From Dubosiella newyorkensis (lineage in GTDB: Bacteria > Bacillota_I > Bacilli_A > Erysipelotrichales > Erysipelotrichaceae): 32,000 nucleotides of DNA. Both the position numbers and the translations under genes were made by a program. The notes below the pieces were generated by a model. It had not been told where the DNA came from and ran no database searches. It was given only the letters and a program-made list of their open reading frames with translations. The stretch is taken from the NCBI RefSeq assembly GCF_001945605.1, contig NZ_MPKA01000047.1, forward strand, positions 20,466-52,465. Direction: 5' to 3'. Shown here in pieces: positions 25,749 through 32,000 of the stretch (position 1 is its first letter; each line of letters begins with the position of its first letter).

Positions 25749-27322
25749 GCATTTTCCTTTCCAAAATGGTCCATGAGGGCGTAGGCGCTTTTGATCCCAT
25801 CGATCGCGCTGCTCACGATCCCTCCCGCGTAGCCGCTTCCTTCTCCGCACGGGTAAAGTCCATAAATGCTGCTCATTCGATTTTCTTTCGCCCGGACAAG
25901 ACGAAGGCTTGGATTGCTCCGAGATTCGATCGCGCTCAAGATGGCGCCTGAAGTCACGAAGCCAGGCACTTTCTTTTCAAAATCGAACAGCGCCTCATGC
26001 AAAGACTGATTGACGGCTTTAGAAAACAAAGTATTGAGATCGACAAACTCGTAGCCTAAGCAATAAGTCGGCTTGACACCTTCAAGTTCCTGGCTCACTT
26101 TGCCTTGTAGATAATCTTTGGCAAGCTGGACAGGCGCTTTATAGCCGCTTGTCATTCGATAGGCTTTTCTTTCAAGATCTTCGATGTATTTTTCACCAGC
26201 GAATAGTTCTGTTCCATAATCGTCTTCATTGATCTGGACAAGCAACGCCGAATTCGCGTTTTCTCCGCTTCGAGAAGCGTAGGACATGCCATTGATGACA
26301 AGCTGTCCTTCTTGCGCTTCGCTTGGGATCACATATCCGCCAGGACACATGCAAAATGTATAGACGCCTTTTTTGTTGGAGGTCATCGTCGTCAGCGTAT
26401 AGCGGGCCGGGATCAAGCGCGGGTCGTCTTTAAAATCGCCTAGCATCGCCTGATTGATGAACTCTTGAGTGTGTTCGATACGTACGCCGATCGGGAATGG
26501 CTTGTTTTCAAGATGAAGGCCTCGCTCATAAAGAGCGTGGATCGTATCCGAGGCGCTATGTCCGATCGCTAAGATACAAGCTTGGCACGCCACTTCTTCG
26601 CCATTGACGATCAAAGCTTTCAATCGATCATCTTGGACGATCATATCTTCGAGTTTGGCATGGAAATGGAATGTGGCTCCCATTTTGATCATCGCTTGGC
26701 GCATGTTTTCGATGATTTCAACAAAGGCATCGGTGCCAATGTGTGGATAGGCGTCGACCAAAATATCCGGATCCGCTCCATATTGGACGAGTTCTTCTAG
26801 CACTTTCCGCAAGAGCGGATCTTTCGAGCGGCACGTCAGTTTTCCATCCGAAAAAGCGCCTGCTCCTCCTTCTCCAAACTGGACGTTGCTTTCAGGATCT
26901 AAGGGTCCGCCTTTCCAAAAGGCATCGACATCTTTTTGGCGCTGGCGTATAGAAGCTCCGCGCTCGATGATGATCGGTCGATAGCCATGTTGACATAGGG
27001 CAAGAGCGGCAAACATGCCAGCAGGTCCAAAGCCGACAACGACAGGCCGCGAGTTTAATGGATGTTCTCCTTTGGGAACGAAATGATCTTTCTCGTCTGG
27101 TTTTTTAATGACGTCTTTTTGCTTTAAGTACTTTTTTTCATGATGGACTTTCGCGTCGATCGTAAAGGAGAAGCGGACCTCATGCTTTCGAGCGTCCACG
27201 CTTCTTCGATGAATATGAAAATCGATCAAATCTGCACTTGGCATTTTTAATTTTTTTAAAAGTTGTTCGCGGATCTTGCTTCGATCATCCGCATCGCATA
27301 TTACTTGATGTACTCGAATCAT
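25745..27322 (-). CDS. FAD-dependent protein of the uncharacterised COG2509 type
   Basis: 525 aa with an N-terminal MIRV...RRSVDARK segment followed by the dinucleotide-binding VVVGFGPAGMFAALAL. The COG assignment is from memory. Confidence 0.75.
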   Translation of the reverse strand: MIRVHQVICDADDRSKIREQLLKKLKMPSADLIDFHIHRRSVDARKHEVRFSFTIDAKVHHEKKYLKQKDVIKKPDEKDHFVPKGEHPLNSRPVVVGFGPAGMFAALALCQHGYRPIIIERGASIRQRQKDVDAFWKGGPLDPESNVQFGEGGAGAFSDGKLTCRSKDPLLRKVLEELVQYGADPDILVDAYPHIGTDAFVEIIENMRQAMIKMGATFHFHAKLEDMIVQDDRLKALIVNGEEVACQACILAIGHSASDTIHALYERGLHLENKPFPIGVRIEHTQEFINQAMLGDFKDDPRLIPARYTLTTMTSNKKGVYTFCMCPGGYVIPSEAQEGQLVINGMSYASRSGENANSALLVQINEDDYGTELFAGEKYIEDLERKAYRMTSGYKAPVQLAKDYLQGKVSQELEGVKPTYCLGYEFVDLNTLFSKAVNQSLHEALFDFEKKVPGFVTSGAILSAIESRSNPSLRLVRAKENRMSSIYGLYPCGEGSGYAGGIVSSAIDGIKSAYALMDHFGKENA

Positions 27323-27328
27323 GGATTC

Positions 27329-27358
27329 ATTGTATCACCGGATGTTTTTGTGTGGCAA
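27329..27358 (-). promoter_or_regulatory. candidate promoter of the 8-gene operon (TTGCCA-18 nt-TG-n-TACAAT)
   Basis: On the minus strand, TTGCCA (27358-27353), an 18-nt spacer ending in TGA, and TACAAT (27334-27329). The ATG at 27322 is 6 nt downstream and has no SD. Confidence 0.5.
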
Positions 27359-27435
27359 CATTTAGGACTTTTCGGATTGGCTATCTCGTCTTGGCTCCTC
27401 TTTGGTATAATGAAAAAAAGAAAGAGAGTAGTCTT

Positions 27436-28017
27436 ATGAAACTGCATTATCGGGGAAAATACGATCTAGATCCAAATTCGCTTCCTGTAGCCGAAGAAAA
27501 AGAAGGAGCCATCCAATTCGAAGAAGCTGCATCCACTCAAGAACTTGCGAAGAAAGCCAATATTGCCGCTTTTATTCTTTTGATCCTTTTATTGATTCCG
27601 ATCGTGATGCTCCATCGGCTCAAGGCGGATTCGTTTGCTTTTTGGATCGGGTGCCTGCTCTCTCTTTTCTGCGCTTTGCCGCATGAGTTGCTGCACGCCC
27701 TCTGTTTTAAAGAGGATGTGTATCTATACACCAACTTGAGGCAAGGAATGCTTTTTGTGATTGGAACCGAGCCTATGAGCAAAGGGCGATTTATCTTTTT
27801 GTCTTTGCTTCCGAATCTTGTTTTTGGGCTTGTTCCTTACCTTCTTGGTTTGATCTATCCTTCCTTGAGCCTTTTATTAGGGCTAGGCTGGTCTTCTCTG
27901 GCGATGGGAACTGGCGATTATATCAATGTCTATCACGCTTTGAAACAAATGCCAAAAGGCGCGCTCACCTATATGTCCGGCTTCCATAGCTATTGGTTTA
28001 TGCCAGAGCAAAAATAA
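27436..28017 (+). CDS. DUF3267-like membrane protein with HExxH (putative zincin peptidase)
   Basis: MKLHYRGKYD start, several TM segments and PHELLHALCF. The track ORF start at 27238 lies antisense to the upstream gene, so the start is moved to ATG 27436, downstream of TGGTATAAT. Confidence 0.7.
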   Translation: MKLHYRGKYDLDPNSLPVAEEKEGAIQFEEAASTQELAKKANIAAFILLILLLIPIVMLHRLKADSFAFWIGCLLSLFCALPHELLHALCFKEDVYLYTNLRQGMLFVIGTEPMSKGRFIFLSLLPNLVFGLVPYLLGLIYPSLSLLLGLGWSSLAMGTGDYINVYHALKQMPKGALTYMSGFHSYWFMPEQK

Positions 28018-28040
28018 GCAGCACATTCATTGTGCTGCTT
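28016..28040. terminator. bidirectional hairpin between convergent genes
   Basis: A perfect 10-bp stem, AAGCAGCACA (28016-28025) pairing with TGTGCTGCTT (28031-28040), with a 5-nt loop. Both stop codons overlap the stem. The flanking T-tracts are weak. Confidence 0.6.
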
Positions 28041-28869
28041 ATGCTTTGAATAATTCAGGATGTTTCTTTACAAAATGATGCGCCAATCCATCGTGATCGT
28101 TGTCGAGTTCTGTGATCTCATCGGCGCACGCTTTCGTGTCTTCCGTCCCGTTTTTCAAACAGATCCCAAGTCCTGCTGCTTTGAGCATTTCGTTGTCGTT
28201 GGTCGTATCGCCGCAAGCGATGATCTGCCCGTTATCAAGATCGAGCTGCTGACAAAGGATCGGTAAAGCGATCGCTTTTGAAACCGCTGAATCGCTGACT
28301 TCCATCAAAGTCGACTGCGTCTTGAACCATTTTAGCCCTGGTGTCTCGATCGTTTTTAAATACTGTTCCATTTGATCGATCGTTTCTTTTTGCCTTGTCC
28401 TAAACATCACCTTGACGCAAGGTTCTTTACACATTGTCTCAAGATCCACTTGCACGGGTTCTTTTCCTGATTTGATCGCAGAAGTCTTGATCACTTCATT
28501 GACTTCTAAAGCGTGGATCTGAGAGCCCCGATATAAAAAAGGAATACATTCAAAATGATCGAGCATCAAATGGGTCGCAGTTTTTAATTGTTCCGGGCTC
28601 AATTCATGAGAGAGAGAATACGTGTTCGTGACGTTGTTCTGGATCTCGCACCCGTTCAAGCCAACAAGAACATCAAATTGAAAAGGAAGGTCCCAATTTT
28701 GCGTATGAAACGTAATATCATCGACTGGCCGTCCAGAAGCGATGCCAAGAAGGATCCCATGCTCGTGCAAAGAGGTCAAGATCTTTTTCGTGTAGAGAAG
28801 CATCTTCCAATCTGTGTTCAATAACGTGCCGTCGATATCCATCAAGATCAGTTTTTGTTTTCTCATCAT
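28039..28869 (-). CDS. Cof-type HAD-IIB phosphatase (second copy in the window)
   Basis: MDIDGTLL motif I and GDTTNDNEM motif. 276 aa. Confidence 0.85.
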   Translation of the reverse strand: MMRKQKLILMDIDGTLLNTDWKMLLYTKKILTSLHEHGILLGIASGRPVDDITFHTQNWDLPFQFDVLVGLNGCEIQNNVTNTYSLSHELSPEQLKTATHLMLDHFECIPFLYRGSQIHALEVNEVIKTSAIKSGKEPVQVDLETMCKEPCVKVMFRTRQKETIDQMEQYLKTIETPGLKWFKTQSTLMEVSDSAVSKAIALPILCQQLDLDNGQIIACGDTTNDNEMLKAAGLGICLKNGTEDTKACADEITELDNDHDGLAHHFVKKHPELFKA

Positions 28870-28899
28870 AAATATAGATTATCATTTCAAGCGTCTTTT

Positions 28900-28913
28900 T
28901 TAAAGCGCTTTCA
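28900..28913. promoter_or_regulatory. cre-like palindrome (minus strand reads TGAAAGCGCTTTAA)
   Basis: Matches 13 of 14 positions of TGWAANCGNTNWCA. It lies in the divergent region between the Cof HAD gene and the 94-aa ORF and has the same core as 700-713. Confidence 0.35.
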
Positions 28914-28953
28914 GTCATTCCATGATACGATTATAAAAAGCGAGGAAACGACT

Positions 28954-29238
28954 ATGCCAAACCATCCTTTCGACTACAAAACATGGATCCGTCAGCATCA
29001 TGACGATTCGATCCAATTCAAAGAAATCGGCGCGGATCATTATGAGCTTGGAAATGCGGCGGGAAGTGCCACGATCCGTTTCTATGACAATGATCTTGTA
29101 GAAATCAGCATCGCCCGCAAAAAAGACAATGAGATCCAATACTATTTGCATTTTCAAATCAAAGACAAAGAACACGCCCAGCAAATGTATCTTGAAATGA
29201 TCGAGGCTCTCCAACCTAGTGAAGAATCCGTACAATGA
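28954..29238 (+). CDS. hypothetical 94-aa protein
   Basis: ATG 28954 follows GAGGAA. Host-like composition (GATC-rich). I recognise no family. It is the last host-type ORF before the compositional break. Confidence 0.5.
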   Translation: MPNHPFDYKTWIRQHHDDSIQFKEIGADHYELGNAAGSATIRFYDNDLVEISIARKKDNEIQYYLHFQIKDKEHAQQMYLEMIEALQPSEESVQ

Positions 29239-29255
29239 AACAGGACTTGAACTTT

Positions 29256-29318
29256 TAAACCCTTTGAGAAACTCCTAAACCCTCGATAGGTAAAGGGAAT
29301 ATTCCTAAACCTATAACC
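29256..29318. repeat. short repeat cluster in the junction region (TAAACCCT, CCTAAACCCT, CCTAAACCT; CCCTTT/AAAGGG inverted)
   Basis: Read directly from the sequence: TAAACCCTTTGAG 29256-29268, CCTAAACCCTCGATAGG 29274-29290 and TTCCTAAACCTATAACC 29302-29318. Confidence 0.4.
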
Positions 29319-29324
29319 GAAACT

Positions 29325-29346
29325 AAAAAAGCAGCCTTTCGGCTAC
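29325..29346 (-). terminator. intrinsic terminator after the serine recombinase gene
   Basis: On the minus strand, GTAGCC-GAAA-GGCTGC (6 bp, GAAA tetraloop) is followed by TTTTTTAG. The TAG stop lies within the stem. Confidence 0.6.
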
Positions 29347-30908
29347 TTGTGGGTTTCGACCTGTGTCCCGTCCGTAAAAATCAGAATGATTTTTACGTCA
29401 GCGTACACTTCGCATCGCTTTACATATGTTCTCCAAAGGTCATCATCGAACTCTTTTAAAGGTTTAGCATCCGCCAGGTAATTGCGGAATTTCCTGCCTG
29501 CATAACGTTCCATTGAGATATCGGTTCGCTTATCCTTGATCTGGTTATACTCGATTTGAATTTTTTCGTATTCTTCACAAAGGGCAATATACCGCTCCGT
29601 ATCCTGAGGAGCTCCTTTTGATGACTTTTGAAGAAGCCTATCCAGCTCTGCAGATCGCTTATTCAAGTCCTCGTTTAAGCGGTCAAGTTCAGCATCCAAT
29701 TCGTCTAGCTGGGGCTGAATATATCCTCTCTTTTTTGATTCAAGAATCACTGATTTCTTTTTCCTGATTAGTTTGTTCATCTCTTCTACAAAGATTGCTT
29801 CAAGTCGTTTTTCATCAACGTGCTTTGTCTTGCAGCTTTTTGTTCCGTAATAGCGGTTATAACATTGCCATACTCTTTTTCTGTATTTATCTGTGGGATG
29901 CCAAACGTAAGGCGAATAACCGGAACCACATTCTCCGCAGACAACAACTCCGGAAAAGCAATGGTCACTGTATCTATGCGATCCACCTCTGCGCTTTATC
30001 ATTGCCTGCACCTGGTCAAACACTTCTGGATCAACAATAGCTTCGTGATTCCCCTCAACGTAGTATTGCGGGATTTCTCCATGGTTGATTTTAGATTTCT
30101 TTGTAATGAAATCTGTTACGTATGATTTTTGAAGGAGCGCATCTCCACGATATTTCTCGTTTTTGAGAATTCGGAAAATTACAGTTGGTTTCCACTCCTT
30201 TTTTCCGTAAACCGTTGGAATGCCTTCTTTCGTTAAGGCTTTAGCGATTTGAGTGGGCAGAAACCCTTTGAGATATAAATCAAAGATTTTTCGAACGATC
30301 TTTGCCTGCTCAGGGTTAACAACCAGCTCGCCATTTGGTCCTCTGTCATAGCCAAGGAATCCGCTAAATGGAACCCATACTTTTCCCTCAGCAAAGCATT
30401 TTCTTTTGCCCCAGGTGCAATTTTCTGAAATCGAGCGTGATTCCTCCTGGGCTAGTGAGGACATGATGGTGATGAGTAATTCTCCTTTCCCATCAAAGGT
30501 CCAGATATTTTCCTTTTCAAAAAATACCTCGACTTTTTGTTCCTTCAGTTTTCGGATGGTGGAAATTGAATCTACGGTGTTTCTGGCAAATCTGCTAACG
30601 CTCTTCGTGACTATCAAATCAATTTTTCCAGCAAGGGCATCTTCTACCATTGATTTAAACCCTTCACGTTTTTTCGTATTCGTTCCAGTGATTCCTTCAT
30701 CGGTATAGACTTTGACAAACTCCCAGTCACTTCTGGACTTGATATATTGCTCGTAGTGGCTGACCTGACGTTCATAACTGGTCAGCTGTTCATCCTTGTC
30801 AGTGCTGACTCTGGCATAAGCTGCAACCCGGCGTTTTCTGATTTTTGATGAACCGTCAGATTTCAATATCGACTTTCTTGAAGCCGGAATCACTGTGACT
30901 TGCGGCAT
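29343..30908 (-). CDS. large serine recombinase (intact)
   Basis: 521 aa with a resolvase catalytic domain (VAAYARVSTD...SYERQ, KSVSRFARN), a recombinase domain (ILKNEKYRGD), a zinc ribbon (CGECG...C..) and a coiled-coil tail. Confidence 0.92.
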   Translation of the reverse strand: MPQVTVIPASRKSILKSDGSSKIRKRRVAAYARVSTDKDEQLTSYERQVSHYEQYIKSRSDWEFVKVYTDEGITGTNTKKREGFKSMVEDALAGKIDLIVTKSVSRFARNTVDSISTIRKLKEQKVEVFFEKENIWTFDGKGELLITIMSSLAQEESRSISENCTWGKRKCFAEGKVWVPFSGFLGYDRGPNGELVVNPEQAKIVRKIFDLYLKGFLPTQIAKALTKEGIPTVYGKKEWKPTVIFRILKNEKYRGDALLQKSYVTDFITKKSKINHGEIPQYYVEGNHEAIVDPEVFDQVQAMIKRRGGSHRYSDHCFSGVVVCGECGSGYSPYVWHPTDKYRKRVWQCYNRYYGTKSCKTKHVDEKRLEAIFVEEMNKLIRKKKSVILESKKRGYIQPQLDELDAELDRLNEDLNKRSAELDRLLQKSSKGAPQDTERYIALCEEYEKIQIEYNQIKDKRTDISMERYAGRKFRNYLADAKPLKEFDDDLWRTYVKRCEVYADVKIILIFTDGTQVETHK

Positions 30909-31861
30909 GGTTTTTTCACCTCCTTGTTATAGTGGCGATAAGTAACAGCTCCGTCCCGAAATTCAAACTTCAAAGTTTTTCCAATGACATGAATCGACTT
31001 AATTGACTCATCAAATTGACCGGCATCGAACTCTTCCATGTTCAAGACTTCGCAGGATATTTTCTCCAGATCTGAATTACGGATAGTGACTTCACCTGGA
31101 TGTTCACAACGCCAGAAACGCTCTTTCGATCCATCAAGATATTTGCGCTCGAATGAATGGAAGTTGCCACCGCAAGTGGAGCATTTGATAACTCTGCTGA
31201 AAGGCTTCTCTTTCCCAAGCTTTCTAACGTTATCCCGATCCCGCTGGTAAGCAGAAGCCTGCTTTTTTCGCTCATTAGAATAGGTCTTTCTCCAGATATT
31301 CTGGAGCTCTACAGTCTTTTTTGAGCCATCTTTGAAGTGGAAATGCAGGTGATCACGATCCTCGACTTCGATTCGATCAACGTTAGCCTTAAACACGTCG
31401 GGATCGAATTCACCGGTTCCCAAAACAGAGGCGCATGTCTTCATCAGAGATTCTTCGTCAAGAGGGACTGATTTAGGACAGGCAGCCTTCCTTTCCAGCG
31501 TTGCTTTTCCACAGCCCCAGAATGGATATTTGCCAGTCCTTCCTCTGCGGTAGTTCGTCCCACAATGTTTGCAAACGATCTTTCTGGTAAATGGATATAC
31601 AGAGCTGTTCCAGCGAGTGCTAATTACTCTTCTTCTTTCGAACTCCTGCTGTACAGCCTCAAACTGCTCTTTGCTGATGATTGGTTCGTGAGCATCTTCG
31701 ACTAGATATAGCGGACGCTCGCCATTATTCTTCATTTGCTTATGCGTGAGAGGACTTTCCGAATAATGCTGGCCAAGCAGCAGGATACCTGTGTAGTGGA
31801 TGTTTTTCGCAGTTGTTCTTACAACTTCACCGCTTGGTACTATGTCAAGTTTGAGGACAAC
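30890..31861 (-). pseudogene. large serine recombinase lacking its catalytic N-terminal domain
   Basis: The track ORF (from M at 31735) plus 42 further in-frame codons (VVLKLDIVPSGEVVRTTAKNIHYTGILLLGQ...) match only the distal recombinase domain and zinc-ribbon region. There is an in-frame TAG at 31864-31862, and stops occur in all three minus frames between there and 32000. Confidence 0.65.
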
Positions 31862-32000
31862 CTAAATTTCTGTTTTTTGACAAATCCGAAAAAATTTGTT
31901 CCGCTTTCCATTGACTACGGGTCCCTATCCCTAAGAACCCATTTCTTGTTGCTTTTCAAACTCCCAGCTCTTGCTGCGGCTTGAAAAGCCCCAAGCTTGT

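Larger units (their letters stand above)
29239..32000. mobile_element. left end of an integrated element carrying tandem serine recombinase genes; continues past the window
   Basis: The recombinase genes read toward the junction. GATC frequency drops about 4-fold exactly here (hand counts given in the findings). Confidence 0.65.

Noticed and set aside
31859-31866. CCTAAA at the recombinase truncation point matches the CCTAAACC repeats at the 29.3 kb junction, which might indicate a site-specific deletion between them
   Set aside because: Only a 6-mer is shared and the flanks do not align. One or two chance occurrences are expected in about 2.7 kb on two strands.
31862-32000. Group II intron (or another self-splicing element) interrupting the second recombinase
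   Set aside because: No domain V-like 34-nt hairpin with an AGC triad and GNRA loop is present, and no intron-like 3' end. There is only a generic 8-bp hairpin (GGGTTCTT/AGGGACCC) and a TCCCTA tandem. This cannot be excluded without sequence beyond the window.
1-32000. CRISPR arrays, tRNA/rRNA genes, riboswitch or T-box leaders, toxin-antitoxin pairs, defence islands
   Set aside because: There are no spaced direct repeats, no cloverleaf-like or rRNA-like segments, and no long structured leaders. The largest intergenic gaps are 150-210 nt and are AT-rich promoter/terminator DNA. No small paired ORFs with toxin-antitoxin features were seen.

Overview
This is a Bacillota-type chromosome segment. 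Synteny and protein motifs resemble Bacilli/Erysipelotrichia, but the exact taxon cannot be determined from this window. It is almost entirely coding, mostly on the minus strand.

Gene content, left to right:
- a partial PTS EIIC (cellobiose/lactose family), rubrerythrin, a small PPase-like protein and a 3'-truncated DUF871/MupG remnant
- a sucrose regulon, scrK-scrB-scrA, divergent from scrR
- a decayed flavin reductase
- an ECF sigma / zinc anti-sigma / lipoprotein cassette
- a tightly packed operon: glycerate kinase, thioredoxin-like lipoprotein, asparaginase, HAD, Eis-like GNAT
- coaBC-coaX
- ypmB-like, dnaD, nth, histidine phosphatase, panE
- the conserved yqeG-yqeH-yhbY-nadD/yqeK-rsfS-yqeM cluster, preceded by a COG2509-type FAD protein and followed by mtnN
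- a DUF3267 membrane protein, a second Cof HAD and a 94-aa orphan
- from about 29.24 kb, a compositionally different block with one intact and one decapitated large serine recombinase. This is the edge of an integrated mobile element that continues beyond the window.

No rRNA, tRNA or CRISPR array was seen. I did not find a convincing self-contained novel multi-gene system (defence, toxin-antitoxin and so on) inside the window.

The most notable observations are:
- the mobile-element boundary
- a roughly 5-fold GATC excess confined to host coding DNA
- single-base frame problems next to short homopolymer runs in scrA and the flavin reductase
- promoter-to-ATG spacings that suggest leaderless transcripts
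- a set of unexplained ATGGAAC dyads in the scr control region
- a nadD-yqeK gene fusion
- extreme stop/start overlap (nine ATGA junctions)
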